Origin: PVC group bacterium
GTDB taxonomy: Bacteria > Verrucomicrobiota > Kiritimatiellia > CAIKKV01 > PXCX01
Direction: 5' to 3'
DNA: 33,207 nt
Assembly: GCA_003567575.1 (NCBI GenBank)
Contig: PWZG01000382.1
Location: 1 to 33,207, forward strand
In this document: positions 8,079 through 17,226 of the stretch, piece by piece
How positions within the stretch are numbered: the stretch's first letter is position 1
Layout of the letters: every line of letters starts with the position of its first letter
Notes under the pieces: generated by a model
The model's database searches: none
Seen by the model: the letters and a program-made list of their open reading frames with translations, nothing else
What the model was told of the DNA's origin: nothing
Position numbers and translations under genes: made by a program

Positions 8079-9467
8079 TTACTCGTCTTCGTTCAATGTC
8101 GTGTTTTGTTCGCCTCGCCACAGACGCGGTATAAATTGGGTGACATCGCGGAAGGTAAGCAACAACATCAGGGCGATCAACAACACGGCGAAGACATGGA
8201 GCAATGCGTGCAGCACGCGCGGATGGACGCGTCGGCGCGTGATCATCTCGAACAAGGCGAACATGATATGCCCGCCGTCCAAAATCGGGATTGGCAGCAG
8301 GTTGATGATGGCCAGGTTGATATTCAGAAAACGCGTAAACGTCAGGGCGCTCATAAGGCCGGCGCTGACCTGTAACCATAACATCGTCAGGACGGTGACC
8401 GGACCGCCGACGCCGCGCGTGGCTTCCCGTCTTTCCGTTCGCCGGAATAACGCGGTGAGTAAACGGAATACGGGCGCCGCATCATTGCGCAATTGGGTCA
8501 GGGGACGCGGCACCCCTTCTTCGGCGAATTCGATGCCGATCAATGGACGTTCGAAAACCGGATGCATTTCCGGGACAACCGCAATTTCAAGGGTTTCTTT
8601 TTTTCGTTGCACCGTCAAGACAACTTCCTGGCCGTCGCGTTCGCTGATCAGGGTGATCATGTGGATCGGGCTTCCCAACGGTATGCCGTCCAGCGCCAGA
8701 ATCCGATCATTGCGCAAGATACCGGCGGCTTCAGCCGGCGACTCCGGTTGCACCGAACGGACGACGCACGGACCGCCCGGATAAAGGCCGGGGATCATCT
8801 GAATGTCGAAATCCATTTTTTCCGTCGGCAACGTTACTTGTTGTGGCGCGTCAACGCCGCGTTGGACGGTGAGCACAGGTTCTTCCGACAAGGCAGCGAC
8901 TTGGATGAATCCGGTCCAGCTCGATACGCGTTCGCCGTTGACACTGAGAATGCGGTCGGCCGCGCGCAAGCCGGCATCGTACGCTGCGGTGTTTTCCTGT
9001 ACCATGCCGATGACTACGCCTTCGCCGGATGGATCGGCCGCGGGGGCCGCGCCGTAAAACGTCCATGCCAGCCAAGCTAGGATCAGGGCCAAAATGACGT
9101 TTCCCGTTGCGCCCGCCAGCGAGACGACGATCCGTTTCCAGGTCGCCACCGGCGGTAACGGTTCCGAACGTTCGCCACTGTTTTCCTGGTTCGCCTCCTG
9201 TTCGCGTCGTTCAGCCGACGGCGGTTCCATCTGGGGTAAGGCGACATAGCCCCCGAACGGAATCGCGGCGATTTTATAGGTAATCCCGTTGCGTTTGGTC
9301 TGCCAAAGCGCCGGTCCGAATCCGATCGAAAACACATCAACCACCATGCCGCATAGTCGCGCGGAAATGTAGTGACCGAATTCATGAACCAGGATGGTTA
9401 ATCCCAACAGCAGAAAAGCGCCGATAACACTCAGTACGATAATCAGTATGGTCGAAATAGATTCCAT
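8079..9467 (-). CDS. rseP: RIP (site-2) zinc metalloprotease RseP
   Basis: An HEFGHY (HExxH) motif sits in the first TM segment. Central PDZ-like regions are present. The C-terminal membrane motif NLLPIPILDGGH is present. Confidence 0.9.
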   Translation of the reverse strand: MESISTILIIVLSVIGAFLLLGLTILVHEFGHYISARLCGMVVDVFSIGFGPALWQTKRNGITYKIAAIPFGGYVALPQMEPPSAERREQEANQENSGERSEPLPPVATWKRIVVSLAGATGNVILALILAWLAWTFYGAAPAADPSGEGVVIGMVQENTAAYDAGLRAADRILSVNGERVSSWTGFIQVAALSEEPVLTVQRGVDAPQQVTLPTEKMDFDIQMIPGLYPGGPCVVRSVQPESPAEAAGILRNDRILALDGIPLGSPIHMITLISERDGQEVVLTVQRKKETLEIAVVPEMHPVFERPLIGIEFAEEGVPRPLTQLRNDAAPVFRLLTALFRRTERREATRGVGGPVTVLTMLWLQVSAGLMSALTFTRFLNINLAIINLLPIPILDGGHIMFALFEMITRRRVHPRVLHALLHVFAVLLIALMLLLTFRDVTQFIPRLWRGEQNTTLNEDE

Positions 9468-9560
9468 GGGTATTTCCTGGCCGGATATTCGCGACGGTTG
9501 CTTCCCGTGTTACGGGTACGGCATTATCGTGAACCGGTTGTCTGGTCGTGGTGATGTGGA

Positions 9561-10763
9561 TTAATGCGTCGCGGCCGCTTCGATACGCGCCCACTTATCC
9601 GTTTCCAATATGGCATCCAAGCCGGGGTGGGGGATTGTGTCGTGTCGTTCCATAACACGCTCTACTATACGCCAAATACCCGCAAAAGGCAAGTCGCCAT
9701 CAAGAAATCGTTGTACCGCCACTTCGTTGGCGGCGTTGAGCGCGGCCGGAAACGTGCCGCCCCGGTCCGCTGCCACGCGGGCAAGTTGTAAACACGGAAA
9801 TCGCTGCATATCCGGCGACTCGAAATGTAATGCCGCTGCCTGGGCGAGATCCAGCGGCGGCAAGCCCCCGTCCAGCCGGTCGGGCCAGGTTAAGGCATAC
9901 TGGATGGCGTAACGCATGTCCGGCGGACTCAATTGCGCCAGCAGGTTGCCGTCTACAAACTCGACCAGCGAATGCACCAGGCTTTCGCGGTGTAACAGAA
10001 CGGTAATGCGGTCGACGGAAACCCCGAATAACCAGTGGGCTTCCATGATCTCGAGGCCTTTATTCATCAGTGTCGCGGAATCAATACTGATTTTACGGCC
10101 CATACGCCAACGTGGATGATTCAGCGCCTCTTCGGGGGTCACCTTCTCGAAGTCGATATCCGGGCGGAACGCGAACGGGCCGCCGGACGCCGTCAGCAAC
10201 AGACGTCGGACCGATCTTTCGGGTTCGCCGTGTAAACACTGGAACAGCGCGTTGTGTTCGCTGTCGACCGGCAGGATCGGAACTTGCGCCTGCCGGGCCG
10301 CGTCCATGACCAGTTCGCCGGCCGCAACCAATACTTCCTTGGTTGCCAGCGCGATGCGGCAGCCGCGATGGATCGCTTCCAGCACCGGCAGCAGACCGGC
10401 CACACCGTTGACGGCGCAAACCAGTATATCGGCCGTCTGGTCGTTGATCAATTCAACGCAGGCATTCGCGCCGCGGAAAACACGTACGCCGTCCAGCTTG
10501 GTGACCGCCGTCTTGTGTGGCGCTGTAATCGCCAGATGCGATACCCCGTACGCGACCGCCTGCGCGAATAAACGGTCGATGTTGGTTTCCGCCGCCAAAC
10601 CGACGATTTCGAAACGGCCCGGCAAAGAGGAGACAACCCGCAACGTATTTTCGCCGATCGAACCGGTGCTGCCCAGGATAATGATCCGTTGCGGCGCCGC
10701 CGATCCATCGCGAACCGAATCGCCGCGCCCTGCCGTGGAAATAACCTGTGTCGTTGTCTTCAA
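9561..10763 (-). CDS. dxr: 1-deoxy-D-xylulose 5-phosphate reductoisomerase
   Basis: Motifs seen: ILGSTGSIGENTL, PVDSEHNALFQ, LTASGGPF and NKGLEIMEAHWLF. The only in-frame start is TTG 10763, giving a roughly 25-aa N-terminal extension. Confidence 0.9.
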   Translation of the reverse strand: MKTTTQVISTAGRGDSVRDGSAAPQRIIILGSTGSIGENTLRVVSSLPGRFEIVGLAAETNIDRLFAQAVAYGVSHLAITAPHKTAVTKLDGVRVFRGANACVELINDQTADILVCAVNGVAGLLPVLEAIHRGCRIALATKEVLVAAGELVMDAARQAQVPILPVDSEHNALFQCLHGEPERSVRRLLLTASGGPFAFRPDIDFEKVTPEEALNHPRWRMGRKISIDSATLMNKGLEIMEAHWLFGVSVDRITVLLHRESLVHSLVEFVDGNLLAQLSPPDMRYAIQYALTWPDRLDGGLPPLDLAQAAALHFESPDMQRFPCLQLARVAADRGGTFPAALNAANEVAVQRFLDGDLPFAGIWRIVERVMERHDTIPHPGLDAILETDKWARIEAAATH

Positions 10764-10802
10764 GAGTAATCTTCGCTTCGCCCGATTGTTTTCAGAGCTG
10801 CC

Positions 10803-10830
10803 ATAATATCACTCTTGGCCGGATCTGCAA
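10803..10830 (-). promoter_or_regulatory. Candidate sigma70-like promoter for dxr-rseP-ispG
   Basis: The minus strand reads TTGCAG (10830-10825), a 16-nt spacer, then TATTAT (10808-10803), about 40 nt upstream of the dxr start. The promoter consensus of this lineage is unknown. Confidence 0.25.
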
Positions 10831-10894
10831 GTTATCTCAATCCTCGCCGTTTTTTCCTCTCACAAACCGGCACCCCGCATACCAACGCTCACGT

Positions 10895-12292
10895 TCACTT
10901 TCCTCGTGCCGGCGGCAGATGGATGCAATGACCGTTGGCGGCCTCCGCCGCTTCCATCCAGGATTCCGACAGGGTGGGGTGGGCATGGATCGTGTGCGCA
11001 ATTTCCGTCACCGTCAATTCGGCGCGAATGGCTACCGTCGCTTCGGCAATCAATTCTGTGGCGTGCGGACCAACGGACTGCGCGCCCAGTAACTGGCCGG
11101 TGTCGGCGTCGGCAATCCATTTGACGAAACCGGTGGTGTCTCCCAGCGCCATGGCTTTGCCCAGCGCCATGAACGGGAATCGTCCGGATATCACGTTACG
11201 TTCCTGCTCCCCGGCCGCCAGTTCTCCCATGCCGACCGCACCGACTTCCGGGGTCGTGAAGATACAGGCGGGAACCAACGTCTCCAGGCGGGCACGTTCT
11301 TTGCCGAACCAATTGTCGACGATACGCAACGCCTGACTGGTGGCGGCATGTGCCAGTTGGGGTCCGCCGTTGACGTCGCCGGCGGCGGCAATCGATGCCG
11401 TACGCGTCAGGCCCCAGGCATCGACAGGAATGTAACCGCGTTCATCAAGCGACAGACCGGCTTTTTCCAATGCTAATCCCTCAGTGACCGGAATCCGGCC
11501 GACCGCGGACAGCAACAGTTCCGCGTTTACGGACTCGTCGCCGCAACGGCCGCTAACTTTTTTGTCATCGGCTTCGATATCTTGCAGCGCCTGTCCCGTA
11601 AGGATCCGGATTCCGAGATTCTTTGTCATTGCATCGCGTACGGTACGGCGCACATCTGTATCCAGAGTCGTCAGAATATCATCCAACAATTCGACAATCG
11701 TCACCTTGACGCCCAGACGGGCGGCCATGCAGGCGAATTCGCAACCGATAATGCCGCCGCCGAGTACAATCAATGATTTGGGTAAACTGTCGATATCGAG
11801 AAACCCGCGACTGTCAACCACCCGCGCATGATCCGGCAGAAACCGCGGTCGCGCCGGGGTGGTACCCGTGGCGATCAGCACGCGTTTTGCCGACACGATC
11901 TCTTCCACGCCGTCGGCCTTTTGCACCACGATATGGGTGCGGTCCCGGAACCGTGCGGTCCCCGTAAGGTGCTCAATCTTGTTCCCTTTGAGCAAGCCCT
12001 TGATGCCTTTACGCAATCCGTCGACCACCGAATTCTTGCGCGCGATCATTTTTCCGTAATCTACCGTCGGTTTACCGTGTTGAATCCCGTAATCGGCGGA
12101 CTCCATGGCCGACGCGTAGCGGTCGGCCGCCGAAATCAGGGTTTTGGTGGGAATACATCCCCAGTTCAGACACGTGCCGCCCAGTTGTTCCCGCTCGATG
12201 ATGACGACGCGCGCACCGTGTTGTGCCGCGCGGATCGCCGCCGGATAGCCGGCGGGACCGGCGCCAATAACTACGAGGTCAACGTTTTCCAT
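10895..12292 (-). CDS. lpdA: Dihydrolipoyl dehydrogenase (E3)
   Basis: Motifs seen: VVIGAGPAGYPAAIRAA (FAD fold), GGTCLNWGCIPTK (redox disulfide) and a C-terminal HAHPTLSE block. The RBS GGAGGA lies inside the 3' end of the E2 gene. The two genes overlap by 22 nt. Confidence 0.9.
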   Translation of the reverse strand: MENVDLVVIGAGPAGYPAAIRAAQHGARVVIIEREQLGGTCLNWGCIPTKTLISAADRYASAMESADYGIQHGKPTVDYGKMIARKNSVVDGLRKGIKGLLKGNKIEHLTGTARFRDRTHIVVQKADGVEEIVSAKRVLIATGTTPARPRFLPDHARVVDSRGFLDIDSLPKSLIVLGGGIIGCEFACMAARLGVKVTIVELLDDILTTLDTDVRRTVRDAMTKNLGIRILTGQALQDIEADDKKVSGRCGDESVNAELLLSAVGRIPVTEGLALEKAGLSLDERGYIPVDAWGLTRTASIAAAGDVNGGPQLAHAATSQALRIVDNWFGKERARLETLVPACIFTTPEVGAVGMGELAAGEQERNVISGRFPFMALGKAMALGDTTGFVKWIADADTGQLLGAQSVGPHATELIAEATVAIRAELTVTEIAHTIHAHPTLSESWMEAAEAANGHCIHLPPARGK

Positions 12293-13665
12293 AACTCCAT
12301 ATCCTCCAGTTTGTCTTTGACGGCATTGATGAACCGCGCACCGACGGATCCGTCGATGATGCGGTGATCGCTCGATACCGTCATTTTCATCATTGAGCGT
12401 ACCACGATCTTCCCGTCGCGAACGACGGCCTTCGGCTGCGTCGAGGCGACCGCCAGAATGGCGCCTTCGCCCGGATTAATGATCGCGGTAAAATTCTCCA
12501 CATTCAACATGCCCATGTTGGAGACGGTGAACGTGCTGCCGCTCATTTCATCCGGCAACAGTTTCCCGTCGCGTGCCTTGGTCGACAACGTAACGATCTG
12601 CTGTTGCAATTCAGATAGGTTCAGCGTTTCCGCATCACGTATGACCGGGACCACCAGGCCCTCTTTCAGCGCGGTCGCCATGCCCAGATGAATATGGCTG
12701 TTCCAAATCACCGTATGATCTTCGTAACGGCTGTTGACGACCGGAAACGCTTCCAGCGCCAGGATTACCGCTTCGATAATAAATACCGTTACCGTATAGT
12801 CCTTGCCCGTTTCCTTGAGCTGACGCCGTAGTTGCAGTAATTCGGTCATATCGACGTCTACCGTAACATAAAAATGCGGCGTTGTGGTAAAACTCTGCGT
12901 CAGGCGGTCGGCGATGACCGAGCGCATGCGGTTCATTGGCTGCGGCCGTTCCGCCAATGCGCGCCGGATATCTGTAACCAGGATGCGGCCACCGTCACCG
13001 CTGCCGCGGACGCTCAATACGTCGATCCCTTCCGCAATCGCCAATACCAGTGCGGCAGGCGTTATCGGGCGCTGATCGTAACCTTGCTCGGATAGATAGC
13101 GGCGAACGTCGGCTTCAACAATGCGGCCGCCGGGTCCCGTACCGGCAATCGAACGGTAATCGATCGCCGAACGCCTTGCCAATGCACGGGCACGCGGCGA
13201 AATCGCTTTCCGTTCCACGGTTGGCGCCGGCGTCGGCGCGGTGGCGGGTGCGGATGCCGGACGCGATACGGCCGGCGTTGCGGCGGATACCGTTGGTTGC
13301 GGCGTTGTCGCCGGGGCCGCGGCCGCGGGAGCGGTCGATTCCGGTTTGGCTGTGGCGGCGGGTGTCGCCGCAGTCGCAGCCGCCGGTGCCGCCGGTGCCG
13401 CCGGCGGCGCATCAGGGATAGTTTCGCCCGGTGCGCCGATGTATCCGACAACCGACATCACGGGAACGGTTTCCCCTTCGTCGACGAATGTTTTCAGTAA
13501 GGTGCCTTCAAAGAAGCTTTCGACTTCGAGCACGGCTTTATCGGTCTCGATCTCAAAGAGAATGTCTCCTTTATCGATCTTGTCGCCAACGGTTTTATGC
13601 CATTTGACGATGGTTGACTCTTCGGCTGTTTGGCCGAGTTTGGGCATTGTAATCGCTTGTGCCAT
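12271..13665 (-). CDS. Dihydrolipoamide acyltransferase (E2) of a 2-oxoacid dehydrogenase complex
   Basis: The protein has a lipoyl domain (EIETDKAVLEVES), an Ala/Pro-rich linker, a peripheral-subunit-binding segment (SPRARALARRSAIDY) and a catalytic domain with SSDHRIIDG. Confidence 0.9.
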   Translation of the reverse strand: MAQAITMPKLGQTAEESTIVKWHKTVGDKIDKGDILFEIETDKAVLEVESFFEGTLLKTFVDEGETVPVMSVVGYIGAPGETIPDAPPAAPAAPAAATAATPAATAKPESTAPAAAAPATTPQPTVSAATPAVSRPASAPATAPTPAPTVERKAISPRARALARRSAIDYRSIAGTGPGGRIVEADVRRYLSEQGYDQRPITPAALVLAIAEGIDVLSVRGSGDGGRILVTDIRRALAERPQPMNRMRSVIADRLTQSFTTTPHFYVTVDVDMTELLQLRRQLKETGKDYTVTVFIIEAVILALEAFPVVNSRYEDHTVIWNSHIHLGMATALKEGLVVPVIRDAETLNLSELQQQIVTLSTKARDGKLLPDEMSGSTFTVSNMGMLNVENFTAIINPGEGAILAVASTQPKAVVRDGKIVVRSMMKMTVSSDHRIIDGSVGARFINAVKDKLEDMELWKTLTS

Positions 13666-13738
13666 GATGTGGCTCTCCCTTTTTATAATGTCGTGTCGTT
13701 CAAGGCGCTGACCATTGAACGGTTGAACCCTTCATGCT

Positions 13739-16036
13739 TCATACCAATTGTTTGGCGGCGTTGACAATGTCGGCGGCCGTCGGCAGAAAGGCGGCTTCCA
13801 GAATATGCGATTGCGGCGCAATCCCGTTCTTGGCGCCAACCCGCAACACCGGCGCGTCCAGGTCGTCGAAGGCTTCAGCCATAATCGTCGAGGCGATTTC
13901 GCCGGTAAAACTACCAATATTGATGGCCTGCGACACCACGATGCAGCGACCGGTCTTACGGACCGATGCCAGAATGGTGTCCATATCCAGCGGTACCAGG
14001 CAGCGGATATCGACGACTTCCACGTCGAGTCGCATCTCGGTCCCGATGATGTCGGCGGCTTTCAGCGCATCCGCGACGGCGGGTCCCCAGGTGACGATCG
14101 TCAGATCCTTGCCCGCCCGTTTGATGTCGGCCGTGCCCAACGGGATGATGGTGTCACCCTCCGGGACGACCGATTTCTCGCCGTAAAGCAACTGGGATTC
14201 GACGAAAAGCACCGGGTTATCGTCGCGAATCGCCGCTTTCAGCATGCCTTTGGCGTCGGCAGCGGTTGACGGATAAGCCACGTACAGACCCGGGATATGG
14301 GCAAACATGCTTTCCAGCGTTTGCGAATGCTGGCCGCCGTATCCTTTGCCGCCGCCGACCGAGGCACGGATGACGAGCGGAATTTTTACGTTGGCGCCGG
14401 ACATATAATGCCACTTGGCCGCCTGATTGCTGATCGCGTCGGAAGCCATCAAGGCGAAATCCATATACATCAGTTCGACCACCGGACGCAGCCCCGACAT
14501 CGAGGCGCCGACCGCCGTACTGCAGATCGCGGCTTCCGAAATCGGCGTATTGAATACGCGCTGACGGCCGAAGGTTTCCAGCAGATGTTTGGTGGCCTTG
14601 AAGGCGCCGCCGTAATCGGCCACGTCTTCACCATAAAAAATCACCCGGTTATCGCGAATCATTTCCTCGAGCAACGCTTCCTTGATTGCATCGCGGTACG
14701 TCAGCATGCCGTCGGCCGTCCGCTTGATTTCCGGCGGAGGATTGATCAACGTCGTCTTGGCATGAGCCTCGGGAACCTTGTCCGCACACGTGTCGGTGTA
14801 CATGAACTTGATCACATCCGCCGGATCCGGATCGGCCGCCGCCGCTGCCGCGCGCGCTGCCGCCGCGTTACGGTCGATGACGCGTTGCTGCAACGTCTTC
14901 AACGTTTTCGGCGTCAATATCTTGGCATCCAGCAGTTGTTGCGAGTAGGTAGCGATCGGATCGACCGTACGCCATGCTTCTTCTTCCTCGCGCATACGGT
15001 ATTCGTTGCGCGGATCGCTTAGCGAATGACCGTAGTAACGGTAGGTATCCACTTCGATCAAATACGGACCCTGTCCCTTGCGGCAACCGGCCGATGCCCG
15101 GTGGATCGCGTCGCGAACCGCCAGAACATCCATGCCGTTGACCGTTTCCGCGTGCATGTTGTTGTCCGCGAACCCGGCTGCGCGACGGGCCAGCGGATCA
15201 ACGCCCAGGACTTCCTCGTCGGCACGGCCCGTCATGCCATAGTGATTGTTCAAGATGACAAAGATAATCGGCAACCCGAAGGCGTCATCTTTGGCCAGAT
15301 GATTGGTAAACTGTTTCTGGGCAGCCCAGTTGAGCGATTCCAAAACAATACCGTTGGCATAGGCGCCGTCGCCCGCGAACGATAAAGTCACACGCCCGTT
15401 CTTGAGGTAGCGGCACGTCATCGCCGCTCCCGTCGCAATCGGTACGCCGCCGCCCACAATCGCGTTCGCACCCAGATGGCCCAGCGCAAAATCGGCAATA
15501 TGCATGCCGCCGCCGCGACCGCGACAATAACCGGCTTCCTTCCCGAATAATTCGGCGATGGTTCGGAAGATATGATCCTCCAGTGCCGCATCCAGCAATT
15601 GTTTACGCGTTTTAGCTTCAGATTCCGGTACGCGCTGCCGTAACGCATCGGTATCGAGCGAACGCAACGCAATCATTCCCTTGGCAATACTGTCGCCATG
15701 GCCGCGGTGTGTTGAGGTAATGTAGTCCAACGGCGCCAACCCCGTGCAGGCGCCGACGGATGCCGCTTCCTGGCCGATCGAAACATGCGTCGGCCCGCGG
15801 TAATTGAAACCTTGAATCGGTTCGTAGGCGTCGGAACGCAGTTTGACGATCATCTCCTCGAATTCGCGGATCGTCAGCATGTCTTCCAATAAGTCGATGG
15901 CTTGCCCGCGCGTCACGACGCCGGCATCCAGTTCTTGTTTAACTGTGCCTTTGTAACCATAACAAGGGATTGTGCCGCAGGATACTTTGCGCGGTTTGAA
16001 TACCGGTTGCAGGTTGCTCAGAAAGTTCGGACTCAT
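13739..16036 (-). CDS. Fused E1 alpha-beta subunit of a thiamine-diphosphate-dependent 2-oxoacid dehydrogenase
   Basis: The N-terminal half carries the E1-alpha TPP motif (GDGAYANG...NN). The C-terminal half is E1-beta-like (FGEDVADYGGAFKATKHLLETFG, FNTPISEAA). All of this lies in one 765-aa frame. The RBS AAGGAG precedes ATG 16036. Confidence 0.9.
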   Translation of the reverse strand: MSPNFLSNLQPVFKPRKVSCGTIPCYGYKGTVKQELDAGVVTRGQAIDLLEDMLTIREFEEMIVKLRSDAYEPIQGFNYRGPTHVSIGQEAASVGACTGLAPLDYITSTHRGHGDSIAKGMIALRSLDTDALRQRVPESEAKTRKQLLDAALEDHIFRTIAELFGKEAGYCRGRGGGMHIADFALGHLGANAIVGGGVPIATGAAMTCRYLKNGRVTLSFAGDGAYANGIVLESLNWAAQKQFTNHLAKDDAFGLPIIFVILNNHYGMTGRADEEVLGVDPLARRAAGFADNNMHAETVNGMDVLAVRDAIHRASAGCRKGQGPYLIEVDTYRYYGHSLSDPRNEYRMREEEEAWRTVDPIATYSQQLLDAKILTPKTLKTLQQRVIDRNAAAARAAAAAADPDPADVIKFMYTDTCADKVPEAHAKTTLINPPPEIKRTADGMLTYRDAIKEALLEEMIRDNRVIFYGEDVADYGGAFKATKHLLETFGRQRVFNTPISEAAICSTAVGASMSGLRPVVELMYMDFALMASDAISNQAAKWHYMSGANVKIPLVIRASVGGGKGYGGQHSQTLESMFAHIPGLYVAYPSTAADAKGMLKAAIRDDNPVLFVESQLLYGEKSVVPEGDTIIPLGTADIKRAGKDLTIVTWGPAVADALKAADIIGTEMRLDVEVVDIRCLVPLDMDTILASVRKTGRCIVVSQAINIGSFTGEIASTIMAEAFDDLDAPVLRVGAKNGIAPQSHILEAAFLPTAADIVNAAKQLV

Positions 16037-16079
16037 AATGCTACTCCTTTTTTTTGATGAAAATGTTTGTTGTAGAAGG

Positions 16080-16859
16080 TTAAACCGTTGTTACGCGAAT
16101 TCCCTGTTTGCGCAACGTACGCGCCGTTGCCGCACGCAGATTACTATCGGTAATCAAGGTATGAATGTTTTTCGAATCGCCAAAATGTACAAACGATGTC
16201 CGCCCGATTTTCGTGCTGTCGGCCAGCAATACCGTTCGCCGCGCGCGCGCCATTATCAGGCGCTTGGTAAACGCTTCATTGGGATCGGTCGTCGTCATGC
16301 CGTTCTCAACCGTCAAACCGAGGGTACCCACGAATGCAATGTGGGCCTGTATCTGCTCCAATAAAAACCCGGTCAGCGGCCCCACGAACGTCTGACTCAG
16401 GCGCCGCAACTCGCCGCCCGTAAGGATCAGGCGCGGACCGCCTCCGGAAAGCTCGACGGCGACACGCAACGAATTGGTCACAATGGTTATGTCGGACCGT
16501 TCCCGTAAAAGCAGCGCCAGCGCCAGCACCGTGCTGCCGCCGTCCAAAAAAACTGAATCGCCGCGACCGACCATGCGCGCCGCCGCCGCCGCAATCCGGC
16601 GTTTCTCGCGCACGGCGCGTGCCGTCTTGTCGTCGAATACCGGCTCTTCCATGGCGCCGTCGCGCGAGACCGCGCCGCCGTGAACCCGCTGCAACACACC
16701 GTTACGTTCCAGCGCCAGTAAATCTCGACGGACCGTCGCCGCCGATACGCGCAACGTCCGGCTGAACTCGGTCACGCTGACAACATGCCGCTCGCGCAGG
16801 ATTTTCCGCATTGTTTCCCGCCGTTTGGCGGCCAGATCTTTGTTGTTACGATTGCTCAT
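16080..16859 (-). CDS. DeoR family transcriptional regulator
   Basis: The N-terminal wHTH reads RETMRKILRERHVVSVTEFSRTLRVSAATVRRDLLALERNGVLQRVHGGA. A C-terminal DeoR sugar-phosphate-binding domain follows. The start is either ATG 16859 (preferred) or ATG 16889. Confidence 0.85.
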   Translation of the reverse strand: MSNRNNKDLAAKRRETMRKILRERHVVSVTEFSRTLRVSAATVRRDLLALERNGVLQRVHGGAVSRDGAMEEPVFDDKTARAVREKRRIAAAAARMVGRGDSVFLDGGSTVLALALLLRERSDITIVTNSLRVAVELSGGGPRLILTGGELRRLSQTFVGPLTGFLLEQIQAHIAFVGTLGLTVENGMTTTDPNEAFTKRLIMARARRTVLLADSTKIGRTSFVHFGDSKNIHTLITDSNLRAATARTLRKQGIRVTTV

Positions 16860-16869
16860 GAATGCATGG

Positions 16870-16901
16870 ATATGATCAAAAGGAAGCATATTTGATCATA
16901 T
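16870..16901. promoter_or_regulatory. Candidate operator: 11-bp perfect inverted repeat ATATGATCAAA-N10-TTTGATCATAT
   Basis: The arms are at 16870-16880 and 16891-16901. The site lies directly upstream of the DeoR start at 16859, within the divergent intergenic region shared with the FAD oxidoreductase gene. Confidence 0.35.
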
Positions 16902-16967
16902 ATGTGCGAAAAAAGCAAGCATAAAAAATCAGTTTAGCATCTTAATCTAGCGCCTCTCGTGTAAGTA

Positions 16968-17024
16968 CAAAAAAATGATGCGGAGATTATGGATGGGATT
17001 CAGTGTCGGGTGTCGCGTGTCGCC
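16968..17024 (+). repeat. Interspersed repeat copy B (right half of the core plus a GTGTCGS heptamer tract)
   Basis: caaaaaaATGATGCGGAGattATGGATGGgattca GTGTCGG GTGTCGC GTGTCGC matches the right half of copies A, C and D. It is followed by ggcgaagcc (17032-17040), which precedes the core in copy A (954-962). Confidence 0.5.
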
Positions 17025-17226
17025 GACCAGGGGCGAAGCCCGTCTTAGACCATGGTTGGTCGTTTAAGTCGACACAAGATTGCACAAAAATAATGCTTCG
17101 CGGGTTCATCAAAAAAGATACACGCAAAAGACATGTATGCGCGCCGAAAAGACTATAAAACACCAAATTTTGTCCTGTACTTTTGGTTTATCCGCGGGTA
17201 TGATTGAATTCGAATAGAGAGAGCAG

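Noticed and set aside
8065-8379. An N-terminal extension of the ispG ORF to 8379.
   Set aside because: It would overlap the 3' end of rseP by 300 nt and would add about 105 residues with no IspG similarity. GTG 8064 with an upstream GAGG gives a normal-length IspG.
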